DNA of 64,000 nucleotides, taken from assembly GCA_017991835.1 (NCBI GenBank), contig JAGOPY010000005.1, positions 155,487-219,486 of the forward strand, in the 5' to 3' direction. Shown one piece after another: positions 27,679 through 37,793 of the stretch. The notes under the pieces are model-generated. The model ran no database searches, was not told where the DNA came from, and saw nothing but the letters and a program-made list of their open reading frames with translations. The translations under genes and the position numbers were made by a program. Numbering within the stretch: position 1 is the first letter of the stretch; each line of letters starts with the position of its first letter. This stretch comes from Bacteroidales bacterium. Its GTDB lineage: Bacteria > Bacteroidota > Bacteroidia > Bacteroidales > JAGOPY01.

Positions 27679-28368
27679 TCAGTGTCCGCCCAGGTTGATC
27701 TGATATGGGCCGGCGGTGGTAGCCGTGAAGTTGCCCGGGTTCAATGGCCCGCTTGAGACGGTATAATCAAAGCGGATGTTCGGCCTGTTAGTCGTATTAG
27801 TATTTGTAGCGGTGCCACAGTTACTGGAGCCATCGGTGCGGATATATCTTTCCGATCCACTGGTGGCGGCAGTGTATCGTAAACCGCCATAAGGGGTAGT
27901 GAACGGGTTAGAACCGGTACACGTATTCACAACGATGTTGGATGTTCCGTCCCAGGTGAAATTTGAGGTAAATGCGATCATGTCAAAATTGCCGGCCGTC
28001 TGCACCACCGGGGTATAAGTGAACGCACTCCTTACATTTGTAAGTCCGGTTGAGATATACGGATCTGCCAGGGCCTGGGATGTATGGCCCATATCAATGG
28101 TATAATTTGCCAAAGAAACGGCCGATTCGGAAACGGAAAATCCCAGGGCATAAATGGAAGCATTGGCCGGCATTCCGGCGGCAGTCAATTCGGCTGCGGT
28201 ATAAACAATCTGAAAATGTTCATAATTGTAATAACGTTCAATCGGATCGGCCGTTGATCCATTTGTTGTGGATGTGCCTGTACCGATGATCGCCGACTGG
28301 CTGAATATATTCCCTGACAGTAATACCAGGAAAATTAAAGAAGTAAAGCCTTTTTTCATAGGGATCAA
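27679..28368 (-). CDS. Adhesin fragment 1 (signal peptide plus a domain also found twice in the 3022-aa neighbour)
   Basis: MIPMKKGFTSLIFLVLLSGNIFSQ is a signal peptide. The domain ...ELTAAGMPANASIYALGFSV...FTWDGTSNIVV... parallels ...ELIAAGFGAGDFNSIALDV...FTWDGASNVVV... in the 3022-aa protein. Confidence 0.7.
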   Translation of the reverse strand: MIPMKKGFTSLIFLVLLSGNIFSQSAIIGTGTSTTNGSTADPIERYYNYEHFQIVYTAAELTAAGMPANASIYALGFSVSESAVSLANYTIDMGHTSQALADPYISTGLTNVRSAFTYTPVVQTAGNFDMIAFTSNFTWDGTSNIVVNTCTGSNPFTTPYGGLRYTAATSGSERYIRTDGSSNCGTATNTNTTNRPNIRFDYTVSSGPLNPGNFTATTAGPYQINLGGH

Positions 28369-28606
28369 ATATTTAGTTATGTATAATATATCATTATAAC
28401 ATCATGATTTCACCCTGTTTCATAACACAATATAATGAAAAAAACCAGGCAGATTATTAGTAGGGGTAAGAATTATCCTTGGTTGATTATTGTATTGGCC
28501 TTTTTCACGAAACTCAAATATAGGGAATATTATCTTTTTTTCAAGGTTTTAAGTTGTATTTTAGATGAATTTAGATTAATTCCAAATAATAATCAGGAGA
28601 TAAAAA

Positions 28607-28632
28607 AGCCCCGCCGGGAGAGTGGCGGGGCT
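28607..28632 (-). terminator. Rho-independent terminator of the 3022-aa gene
   Basis: The stem AGCCCCGCC (28607-28615) pairs with GGCGGGGCT (28624-28632). The A-run at 28602-28607 becomes a T-run on the minus strand. It lies 30 nt downstream of the TAG at 28662-28664. Confidence 0.75.
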
Positions 28633-28661
28633 GGTAAAAATCGCAAAGCCTGATAGGATTT

Positions 28662-31600
28662 CTATGGGTGCAAGACATTGAGGGTTCCACCGTCTTCTAC
28701 ATCGATCGTTGCACCAGACTGTAATACCAGGTTATAACACGTTGCCGAAACACCATTACCAATGACCGGGAACCGGCTGCTTACAGGATTGGAAGGTATG
28801 ACAATCCTGTCGTTGGTACCCGGAACAAGTCCAGAATCCCAGTTGGCGGGATCACCCCATGAAGCGCTGGCAGCGCCGGTCCACACATTCGTATAACTGG
28901 CTATTTTCACATCATCAATGCAAATACCTTTATCGGTTCCACCGGCACCGGTACCGCCCACGAAACTGATTTCAATCGTCTGACCTGTATAAGTGGATAG
29001 ATCTACCTCAACCATTTCATAACTGGTGTTATTCGCGTTAGATACCTGGTAAATCATATTAGAGCCAACCTTTACATCCAGATTCTGTGGGTTATCACCA
29101 TCTTCGGCCATAAACCAGAATACCAGCCTTGAATTCGTGGCTAGGTTTAGCTCAGGAGTGACCAAAGAGGCATTTTCCAGATTACAAAATGCCCATCCTG
29201 TGCCTGAATGTGCAGCGCCGCTGGTACTTGGATCCCAACCATAACTTGCGACGGTTTCATCGGACCAGCAGATTGGGGGCCAGGCTGATTCAAATCCCTG
29301 GTTATACGGGAAAGATGTAACCTCCTGACAGGTCACCGTGACGGTGACATTGTTGCTGTTGCTGCAGCCCAGTGTTGAGGTAGCAGTCGCCGCATAATTC
29401 GTTGTCTCATCCGGCGATGCATAGACAGTTGAAAGATCCTGCCCCGTGTAGGGCAAGGTCGCATTAGCATCAGTATATAATCCGTCTTGTGGTGACCAAG
29501 AGAAGGTGGCCGTTCCCGTGCCGTTGATCAATACATTATCGATATTCCAGTAGTAACCCCAGTTAACATCATATTTAAACCTAATATATACAACAGCCTG
29601 GCCAAGGAATGGACCTGTGAGAGGTACCGAAGCGCTGTTAAATGTTGAGAAGCCACCCACATCGGCACTATTATAAGTTTGTAATGTCGTCCAGTTAGTA
29701 CCATCAACAGAGGCCTGCACAAGGGCTGTACTTCCGCCGCTGCTATAGTGCCTGTAGAAATGATAGAAATTCACTGATACGGCTGAGAAACCGGATGTAC
29801 TGAATGCCGGTGACTGAAGTATGGTTGCAGTTGTGCTGCCGGAGCCCTGGTCATCACTATTCGATTGATAGAATTGTGAGTTATCGTTGCTATGGAATGT
29901 CCCATGCGTGGAGTAGGTATATCCATCCGGCCGCAAGGTCCAGGCTGCATCAGCCGGTGTCCCGCCGGTTGAATTGTTAACAGTAGTCCAGTTGTTCGTT
30001 GTTCCGTTGAAATTCTCTGACAAGATCACAACTCCTGTAAGGCTGCCACCGCTTGCAACAAGCTGTTGAACTTCGCCGGGCTGTATTTGTGCCGACGGAG
30101 GTGTAATGGTAACAGGTGAAGGGGTCGGGTTAATCACGACTGAGCAACTGGCTGTGGATGAAGTACATCCGTCCTTGGTCGCAGTGAAATAATAGGTACC
30201 GCTGGCAGCGGTTGTCACTGACGGGATAGAAGGATTCTGTGAACCGGAGGCAAACCCGTTAGGACCCGTCCATGAGAAAATGTTCCCGATATCGCTCGTG
30301 CCTGTTAAATTCAGGGTTTGGCCCGCGCAAACCGGCGTATTGCTGGATGCACCGGCAGTAGGTATCGGTTTGACGGTGACTGTCACCGATGCGGTAGCTG
30401 TATTGGCACAGTTATCGGTCACTTTAAGATCAAAAACAGTTGTTGTCGACAGGGTGGTATCAAACGATTGAATTGTTTTAACGACATTTTCGCCGACTTT
30501 CCACTCATAAGTATATGGAGTTCCGCCACCAACCGGGTTCGCTGTGAGTGTAACCTCGGTGCCGGAGCATACCGGCGTAGCCGGATCGGCAGAAGCTGTT
30601 GCCGATAGAGCCGCACCGATCACCAGGTCGCAACTGGCACGGGGAGAGGCACAGGTACCATTAAGAATTTCCGCGTACCAGGTGTAGGTTCCCGGCGTAT
30701 TGCTGTTTAACGGATATATTCCAACAGGATTGAATGGAGAACCGCTACCTTGTGCCGTACCGCCCGTTGGGGTAGTGTACCATTGGATGGAAACCGGGTC
30801 AGGATAACTATAGTTGATAACCAAAGATGCTACAGAAGTTCCTGTCGGGAAAGTGGCTTCAGCGCCCGTGTTATCGCTTACATCATCCCAGTAAAGGAGG
30901 TTGATAGTACCACCGGCCAATGTCGCGGTTATGCCAGAGGAAGCTGTTCTTGTGAAGTTAAATATTCCGGAGGAATTGGCAGAGCCTGTGCCCGATGCTG
31001 CTGCATTAACCAATGCGCCGCTCAGACCCAGTTTAACATCTGATTGCCATGAAGACCCAAGGGCTTCAATATTAATATAAGTGAGTACGATGGAAGTGAC
31101 AGTTGCATTGGATGGAATGGCGGCCATTGTAGTGCTGGAAACAATATTTCCCGGCGCTGAATTGGTCTCAACGGGTTGTGCAGCAACATCAAAGAAGATG
31201 GTCTGACTTCCCGTAAGCAGCGAACCGCCGGCAGAAGTGCTTTGGAGCCCTTCTCCCGATGGGATGGTGCCTCCGAGACACATATTATAATCCGTTGTGG
31301 TCGGGGCTACCGGAGTAGCATTGGCAGTCACTGTCGTATTGGATTGGGTGACACATCCATTTACCGTTTCAGTACCGGTACAGGTATAGATAATAGCTCC
31401 TGCAACTGATGGTTTTACAAACACTGTATCAGTATTTGTACCATAAACGTAGGGGACGAGGCATGCTCCATCCGAGTACAGGTCGGTAACCGGGCTCCAG
31501 GTATATGTCTCGTAATTACTCAGAACAGAGGTGACCATGAGTGTATCGGAATAACCCGAACAAGCAGTAAAGCTGGGTGTGACCGTCAATGTTGGCGGGG

Positions 31601-34600
31601 TGTTTACGGTTGCGAGCACTGAGGTACGTGTGGAGGCACATCCGACACTTACATTCAAGCTATAGAACCAGTAATAGGAGGTTGAAGTTGATCCATTCCA
31701 CCCGTTGGTAACACTTATTGCTCCAGATGGTGAAGGATATGGGAAAGAATTTGTAGACTCTCTGATTAAATCCGTAATTCCGGTATATGCTTTCAATACC
31801 AAACGGTAACCACTTCCGGTCGGCACTGAAAATCCAAGATTAACGACGACCGGGGTGGTGTAACCGCTTCCGGTAACAGGTATTGCGGATGTTACTGCTA
31901 GCTCAGTACCACTGGAATTTTGCAATGCAATAGTCACCGTGCCTGTCCCAGCAGGATAAATTGTAGTGGAATTTAATGTAAGTGCCTGGTTAACACTAAA
32001 AACAACTCCCCAATTTGTGGTTAAAAATCCTGATGTTGAAACTACATTAGTTCTTCCTCCTATTTCATTAACACTTCCAAGGGATTCAGCACCAACATAA
32101 AAAGTAGTTGAGGTGCTGATTTCCGGCGTTGTAAAAGGAGATCCGGTGCCGAGCGCGGTTCCACCGGTTTCAGCGGCATACCACTTTAATATGGCTCCTT
32201 CAGAAGCAGCCGCCTCTAGTTCTACTGTTCCGATTCCGCACCTTGAGCCTGGAGAGGTACCTGTCACTTCCGGATCATTGATCAGAACCGTGTCTGCAAC
32301 TGAGGTGTAGCAAACACTTTCTTCGATTTTTACCTGCATCCTGTAATACATAGTGCTGGTGATCGTAGGTGTCGTATAAGAAATGGCGTTTGCGCCTGAT
32401 ATATCGGAAAAGGTTCCATTATCTGGTGAATCCTGCCACTGGAAAGTAGCCGTGCCATAACCGGTTGCCGGGACTGCCGTAAGGATTGATGAGCCGCTCT
32501 GGCAATGTTTGGCCGGAGTTGCGGTGACAGTTACAGTAGTAGGCAGGTTGGTAATATCGCTGGAAACTATGTTTGCACATCCTGAAACCGAATTGGTTGC
32601 GGTACAGGTAATTGTATAGGTTCCTCCCGTTGCGGATTTAAAGTATACGGTATTTGCGGTCCCGCCTGAATACGCATTTTGGCAATCAACATCTGTGAAT
32701 AGGTTGGTTTGCGGGCTCCAGATATAGGAATCGTAATCTGCAATTGTAGAAGTGACTGCAATGGTTGCAACCGAATTATTGCATATACTCTGATTAGCTG
32801 TCAGTGTCAGTGCAGGAGGAGGCGTTACCGTTGCAAGGACACTGCTGCGGGCGCTGGAACAAACCGTCTGGCCGCCAAAAGTAAACTGGGGCCGGACCGT
32901 ATAGGTTACAAGGTTGGTCGTAACGTCAGCACAAACTGTTGAAGCAGCTGTTGCAGCACCAACATGCGCCTTGATGGTGGAGTTATAGGCGGTATTATCA
33001 GCCTTCACGGTCCGGCTCATGGTTGAGCTTGATGATGCATTTCCATGACAAAATTCCAGGACGATGTTGGATGTTCCGTCCCATGTGAACGGAGCGCTGA
33101 AGGTTAATACATTAAGCCCCGTGGTCGGAAGATAAGATGCATTAGTATAAACTGTTGCGAACGAAGGCGAAAGAAAAGCGGTGAGGCCTGAAGCTGTTGT
33201 ATGGGCTATCTTCACTGACAGATCGATCATCGGCAAAGATCCCGCGCTGGTCACATCCAGTGCGACAGAGGTCAGATCACCAGCACTCAGGCCGGCATTG
33301 TACAACTCCTCAGCTAAAATCAGGTGTTGGGTGTGATTATTGCTATTGGCGGAGTAGAACGGGTTGGAATAAGTTGCAGATGTTGTCGCACCTGAGCCAA
33401 CTGCACGTGTTCCCGGAGAATAGGCTTCTGCCCCTGCATAGAATGTAGTGGTGGTATTGATCACAGGGGTCACGAAAGGCGATCCGCTTCCCAGCGGTGA
33501 TCCGCCTGTGCTGGCAGCATACCATTTCAACGATCCTCCGGTAGCAGTTGCCTCAAGTGATACTGTTCCGATACCACAACGTGAATTGGGGGTGGTACCC
33601 GTTACCTGCGGGTTGCTAACTGCGACGGTTGCCACATTGGATTCGTAGCAGGTATTTGTCCCTAACTTGACCAATAGTTTATAATAAGTAGTGCTGGTTA
33701 TTGTCGGCGTCGTGTACGAAATGGAATTTGCGCCGGAAATATCACTGAATGTGCTGTTATCGGGCGAATCCTGCCACTGGAATGTAGCCGATCCATATCC
33801 GGATGCCGGAACAGACGTCAGGGTCGATGTGCCGCTGACACAAATATAAGCAGGTGATGCCGAGATCATGGTGGTCTCAGGCAGATTGGTGATATCGCAG
33901 GTTTCCACTGCCGCACATTCGGCTGCATTAGTTGCGTTACAATCATAGGAATACGTTCCCCCGGTAGAAGATTTGAAGTAAACAGTTGTTGCACTCGTTC
34001 CCGTATAACCCGTTATACATTGGTCATCTGTAAAGAGATTTGTTACCGGACTCCAGATATAGCTGTCATAATTAGAAACATTGGATGTAACCGACATGGA
34101 TGTGACAGTATTATTGCAAATAGTATGGTTGGAAGTAACAGAGAAAGCCGGAGCGGGAGTTACGGTTGCAGTAACGCTTTCACGCGGACTCGAGCATATT
34201 AAAACTCCATTTATCGTAAATTGTGGTTTCACCGTATATGTCAACAGGTTTGTGGTTGTATTGGCACAAACTGTTGAGGCACCAGTTGCAGCACCGATAT
34301 AAACTCTAATCGAAGAATTATAACTGGTATTATCCGCTTTAACTGTCCGGCTCATGGTAGAGGATGAAGAAGCATTGCCATGGCAGAATTCAACCACAAC
34401 ATTTGAAGCGCCGTCCCATGTAAAAACAGGGCTGAATGCTAACACGTTCAGGCCGGTTGTGGGCATGTAGGATGCATTGGTATAAACGGTCGTAAATGAT
34501 GGAGCCAAGAATGCGGTTAGGGTTGTTGCAGAAGTATGAGCGATTTTCACCGAAAGGTCTATCATAGGTAATGTGCCGGCATTGGTTACATCAAGCGCAA

Positions 34601-37600
34601 TAGAATTAAAGTCGCCTGCACCGAATCCTGCTGCGATTAATTCTGATGCAAGGATCAGGTGTTGCGTATGAATATTGCTCCAAAGAGAATAGAAGGGATT
34701 TGAATAGGTAGATGATGTTGTTGCTCCAGGACTCAATGCAGTGCTTCCGGTAGTAGAACCTTCTGCAGCAGCATAGTATGAGGTTGTTGTGCTGATTACC
34801 GGCGTGGTCCAGGGTGATCCTGAGCCTAATGCAGCGCCTCCGGACTGGTTTTCATACCACCTGATTGTCGATCCGCCTGTACCCGTTGCTTCAAGATCCA
34901 CCGTCCCCGTACCGCAGCGGCTGCCGGGTGTGGTGGTTAGGATATCATTCTGGAAAGTGATCTGGAGCGGTGTTGAAGCGACATTTGTTGAATTGCCCTG
35001 GCAGGTTACATTGCATTGGTAATATTGGGAAGTTGTTGGAGTTGCATTATATGTTGGTGAAGTTGCACCGTCAATATTTGTGTAGGTAACGTTGTCGGGT
35101 GAACTTTGCCACTGGTAGGTATTCCCGGTCCCTGACATCGTATTTTCCAATGACAACGTTATACTCTGTCCATAGCAGATCGGGTTAGCTGTTGCCTGGG
35201 TATTCCCCGGTACTGGTGTTGTACAGGTGTAATTGGGCTGGCCTTCAAATTCGTCGGCGCCAATGTCGGGGGCCGATCCGGTTCCGGAATAGCCTCCGTT
35301 ACCCTGCCTGATGTCGCCATCATAGTCATCAGCGTATGAAGAGATATTGTTCGCACCGCTCTCTATCCCGGTATTCGTCGTGGTATTGATATGAAGGAAG
35401 TTTGAATTAGAACCGGTTGTACTGAGAAAGTTCGGACTCTCCCCTATCGAAGCCTGGTCCCTGTTGACCATGAAAGCGATCAAATTAGCCACAGTATTAC
35501 ACGGATTGGTAATAGTCGATGTTCCTTCAACATACGACATGTGGTTATTGGTCCCAGCCGTCGGGTTGCACCAGAAGTCGTTGTTATTGGATGTCGTGGC
35601 ATAATTTGCCGGCACGGTTCCTCCGGTGCCACCGCTTCTTCTCAAACAAGCAGCGATTCCGTTTGCTGCCAGGTTTGCCCCTTCTTGCGCCGGGGTGGAA
35701 AGGTTGACCAGGATATTGTTCCTGTGATTGAATGAGGTCACCGAACTGCTCCACGTTATGCAGGAATTGCCGAAAGTAGTGGCCGAACTGCTGGTGGCCG
35801 CCAGGTATATCGTATTGTAATAGACATTATACGTTGAGGATGCACTGGCATTGATACCATTTATACAGTTAAGGCCAGTCGCGGCAGTCGCGCGCAGATC
35901 GCCGATCAGGTTGTTGGAAATATTGAGTGTCGTACCTGCAGTAACATTAATTCCATTAACGAGAGTCCCGGTTTGATTACCTGAAAGATCGTAAATTTTG
36001 TTTTTAAAAATGTTAGTAGTAGGGGTTGCTGAAGCGATTCCGCTTATCGTTGCGCTGGCGCCGGTCGAGCTAAGACTAGAAATAATATTTGAATTAATGG
36101 TCGAAGTTGTGGCAGATGAACCAACACTAATACCTGTTATAGATCCGGCACCTGTAAGGTTTGAAATTGTATTTCCACTGATTACATTTCCATTGCCTCC
36201 GGCTCCGCCTCCCCAATTAATATTCATTGCGGTTATTGAACTCGTTCCTCCTGTCCAGTTACTGAATGTATTATTGGTATAATTTTTATTGGCAGTGCCG
36301 CCGTCTGAACTAATCCAGCCGGCAATAGTTGTTGCCCCGGTCACGGTTATATTTGAAAAGTTATTATCTGTATGGTTGATCGTAGCTCCTGATGTTGAAG
36401 ATGATGAAGATGTAGCCAGGGTTATCGTACCACCTGCACCTGTTTTGGCAAAAGCGGTAACAATGGAATTATTGCTGATAGTCTGGGTGCCTGTTGCAGA
36501 AACCGTATAGCTGTGAGAAATAAAAGTTACGCTACCCGTGGTATTAACGCTCAGGTTTGTAAAAGTATTATTGCTGATGGTCAGATTCAAATGCGTGCTT
36601 GCGCTCAAAATAAAAATAATCGCTCCGCTTGCAGTAACAGTATGTCCGCAATCCTGGAAGTTATTATACGTGATATTCATTGTCGATGCCGTGCTCGCAG
36701 AACCACTGGGATGGTTGATTCCATTGATTGCGCCAGCCGCAACCCCACTCTTAAGCGAAATCGTATTGTTAGTGATCGAGTTGGTAATAGTCCCTGTAGG
36801 TGCACTTGAATAAGCAGGAATATGGATACCATTGAGAGTTCCTGCAGTAGTTCCCCCATTGGAACTTGTAACTGTATTGTAAGATACCGTAAAGTTTCTG
36901 GTATTGCGGACCAATATCCCGTTTACCGTGCCGGAAACGTTGGCATAACCAGAAAATGTTCCTGTGGTCCCGAAATTTGTAATATTGTTAGCATTCGGGC
37001 TGCTCCCGCCTATAGTAAGTCCTTCGTTATGATCAGCCGCAGCGGTGGGTCCGACAACCACAATACCGTTATTAACATCGGTCACGGTATTGCCCGTGAT
37101 GACTAATCCGCTGTTACCACCGGCGGTTCCTGTAGCAGTGGCAGATGTTGTAATGTTGGTTGCTGAGTGAGTTGAATTGCTGTAAATTCCGAAAGTATTC
37201 TGGTAAGTCCTATTCAGGTCAATGGTACATCCACTGACTGTATTATTCTGCGCACCATCCGTTGTAGTAACATACAATAATGCCACACCCCATTCTGTCA
37301 TATTATTTGTCGCTGCGGCCGTCGTAGTATTAGCAGCATTTTCTTGCATGGTAAATCCCTGGATTGTAATCCAGTCTGCGCCGATTATTTTGAAAATACC
37401 ATCATTTAAAGCTCCCGCTGTCAATGCGGCGGAGGCAGTAATGGTATTGCTGTTTCCCTGGATGATGACCGGGTTCGAAGAACTTGACGTGGTCAATACC
37501 GCCGATCCTGTGCCGCCGATAACATACCCGCCGGCAGGCGCTGTTTGCGGATTGGAGGCCACCAGGTTCAAAGTTACCCCGCCAGCTCCCACTCCCTGTG

Positions 37601-37730
37601 TGTTTAGATCAGTAATTGCAGTTGCCAGATCCGCATAATCGCCCGGGATATTCTTAGTGCCTGTTAATGGCTGCCCGAAACCGATCTGGGCCAGGATCAT
37701 AAAACTGAGAAGCGTAATCAGTCGTTTCAT
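28662..37730 (-). CDS. Giant (3022 aa) cell-surface adhesin-like protein: signal peptide, beta-helix repeats, Ig-like/SprB-like super-repeats, a MAM-like domain and a 74-aa terminal module
   Basis: MKRLITLLSFMILAQIGFGQ is a signal peptide. NNT(I/F)SN-type beta-helix repeats follow. The units YQWQ.SPDN...Y and RCG.GTV.LEA...WY...GG..LG.GSPF.TP recur. There is no canonical PNPA-type CTD. Confidence 0.9.
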   Translation of the reverse strand: MKRLITLLSFMILAQIGFGQPLTGTKNIPGDYADLATAITDLNTQGVGAGGVTLNLVASNPQTAPAGGYVIGGTGSAVLTTSSSSNPVIIQGNSNTITASAALTAGALNDGIFKIIGADWITIQGFTMQENAANTTTAAATNNMTEWGVALLYVTTTDGAQNNTVSGCTIDLNRTYQNTFGIYSNSTHSATNITTSATATGTAGGNSGLVITGNTVTDVNNGIVVVGPTAAADHNEGLTIGGSSPNANNITNFGTTGTFSGYANVSGTVNGILVRNTRNFTVSYNTVTSSNGGTTAGTLNGIHIPAYSSAPTGTITNSITNNTISLKSGVAAGAINGINHPSGSASTASTMNITYNNFQDCGHTVTASGAIIFILSASTHLNLTISNNTFTNLSVNTTGSVTFISHSYTVSATGTQTISNNSIVTAFAKTGAGGTITLATSSSSSTSGATINHTDNNFSNITVTGATTIAGWISSDGGTANKNYTNNTFSNWTGGTSSITAMNINWGGGAGGNGNVISGNTISNLTGAGSITGISVGSSATTSTINSNIISSLSSTGASATISGIASATPTTNIFKNKIYDLSGNQTGTLVNGINVTAGTTLNISNNLIGDLRATAATGLNCINGINASASSTYNVYYNTIYLAATSSSATTFGNSCITWSSSVTSFNHRNNILVNLSTPAQEGANLAANGIAACLRRSGGTGGTVPANYATTSNNNDFWCNPTAGTNNHMSYVEGTSTITNPCNTVANLIAFMVNRDQASIGESPNFLSTTGSNSNFLHINTTTNTGIESGANNISSYADDYDGDIRQGNGGYSGTGSAPDIGADEFEGQPNYTCTTPVPGNTQATANPICYGQSITLSLENTMSGTGNTYQWQSSPDNVTYTNIDGATSPTYNATPTTSQYYQCNVTCQGNSTNVASTPLQITFQNDILTTTPGSRCGTGTVDLEATGTGGSTIRWYENQSGGAALGSGSPWTTPVISTTTSYYAAAEGSTTGSTALSPGATTSSTYSNPFYSLWSNIHTQHLILASELIAAGFGAGDFNSIALDVTNAGTLPMIDLSVKIAHTSATTLTAFLAPSFTTVYTNASYMPTTGLNVLAFSPVFTWDGASNVVVEFCHGNASSSSTMSRTVKADNTSYNSSIRVYIGAATGASTVCANTTTNLLTYTVKPQFTINGVLICSSPRESVTATVTPAPAFSVTSNHTICNNTVTSMSVTSNVSNYDSYIWSPVTNLFTDDQCITGYTGTSATTVYFKSSTGGTYSYDCNATNAAECAAVETCDITNLPETTMISASPAYICVSGTSTLTSVPASGYGSATFQWQDSPDNSTFSDISGANSISYTTPTITSTTYYKLLVKLGTNTCYESNVATVAVSNPQVTGTTPNSRCGIGTVSLEATATGGSLKWYAASTGGSPLGSGSPFVTPVINTTTTFYAGAEAYSPGTRAVGSGATTSATYSNPFYSANSNNHTQHLILAEELYNAGLSAGDLTSVALDVTSAGSLPMIDLSVKIAHTTASGLTAFLSPSFATVYTNASYLPTTGLNVLTFSAPFTWDGTSNIVLEFCHGNASSSSTMSRTVKADNTAYNSTIKAHVGAATAASTVCADVTTNLVTYTVRPQFTFGGQTVCSSARSSVLATVTPPPALTLTANQSICNNSVATIAVTSTIADYDSYIWSPQTNLFTDVDCQNAYSGGTANTVYFKSATGGTYTITCTATNSVSGCANIVSSDITNLPTTVTVTATPAKHCQSGSSILTAVPATGYGTATFQWQDSPDNGTFSDISGANAISYTTPTITSTMYYRMQVKIEESVCYTSVADTVLINDPEVTGTSPGSRCGIGTVELEAAASEGAILKWYAAETGGTALGTGSPFTTPEISTSTTFYVGAESLGSVNEIGGRTNVVSTSGFLTTNWGVVFSVNQALTLNSTTIYPAGTGTVTIALQNSSGTELAVTSAIPVTGSGYTTPVVVNLGFSVPTGSGYRLVLKAYTGITDLIRESTNSFPYPSPSGAISVTNGWNGSTSTSYYWFYSLNVSVGCASTRTSVLATVNTPPTLTVTPSFTACSGYSDTLMVTSVLSNYETYTWSPVTDLYSDGACLVPYVYGTNTDTVFVKPSVAGAIIYTCTGTETVNGCVTQSNTTVTANATPVAPTTTDYNMCLGGTIPSGEGLQSTSAGGSLLTGSQTIFFDVAAQPVETNSAPGNIVSSTTMAAIPSNATVTSIVLTYINIEALGSSWQSDVKLGLSGALVNAAASGTGSANSSGIFNFTRTASSGITATLAGGTINLLYWDDVSDNTGAEATFPTGTSVASLVINYSYPDPVSIQWYTTPTGGTAQGSGSPFNPVGIYPLNSNTPGTYTWYAEILNGTCASPRASCDLVIGAALSATASADPATPVCSGTEVTLTANPVGGGTPYTYEWKVGENVVKTIQSFDTTLSTTTVFDLKVTDNCANTATASVTVTVKPIPTAGASSNTPVCAGQTLNLTGTSDIGNIFSWTGPNGFASGSQNPSIPSVTTAASGTYYFTATKDGCTSSTASCSVVINPTPSPVTITPPSAQIQPGEVQQLVASGGSLTGVVILSENFNGTTNNWTTVNNSTGGTPADAAWTLRPDGYTYSTHGTFHSNDNSQFYQSNSDDQGSGSTTATILQSPAFSTSGFSAVSVNFYHFYRHYSSGGSTALVQASVDGTNWTTLQTYNSADVGGFSTFNSASVPLTGPFLGQAVVYIRFKYDVNWGYYWNIDNVLINGTGTATFSWSPQDGLYTDANATLPYTGQDLSTVYASPDETTNYAATATSTLGCSNSNNVTVTVTCQEVTSFPYNQGFESAWPPICWSDETVASYGWDPSTSGAAHSGTGWAFCNLENASLVTPELNLATNSRLVFWFMAEDGDNPQNLDVKVGSNMIYQVSNANNTSYEMVEVDLSTYTGQTIEISFVGGTGAGGTDKGICIDDVKIASYTNVWTGAASASWGDPANWDSGLVPGTNDRIVIPSNPVSSRFPVIGNGVSATCYNLVLQSGATIDVEDGGTLNVLHP
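32085..35233 (-). repeat. Intragenic super-repeat with period 1335/1338 nt (about 445 aa): two full copies plus a partial third
   Basis: The CCACTGG anchors (the QWQ motif) lie at 35109, 33774 and 32436. Boundaries are approximate. Confidence 0.8.
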
Positions 37731-37793
37731 AATTAAGGTTTTAAGTAGGTTATTTTTTTATTGTTGTTGGCATGAAATGGTTTATACATTGGC

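Larger units (their letters stand above)
22823..28368 (-). pseudogene. Giant adhesin-like surface protein gene (about 1850 codons) disrupted by one frameshift and two in-frame stop codons
   Basis: Four consecutive ORFs. The last three share one frame and are separated by only TGA (27371-27373) and TAA (25079-25081). The first is offset by one base near 27680-27700. Domain motifs run across every break. Confidence 0.75.

Noticed and set aside
28435-28653. 72-aa ORF in the spacer between the two adhesin genes
   Set aside because: It lies in AT-rich promoter and terminator DNA, overlaps the terminator hairpin of the 3022-aa gene, and has Lys-rich low-complexity sequence and no supporting signals.
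28662-37730. Diversity-generating retroelement or shufflon acting on the adhesin repeats
   Set aside because: The window has no reverse transcriptase or recombinase gene. The repeat copies differ at all base types rather than at adenines only, and there are no inverted-repeat recombination sites flanking the segments.
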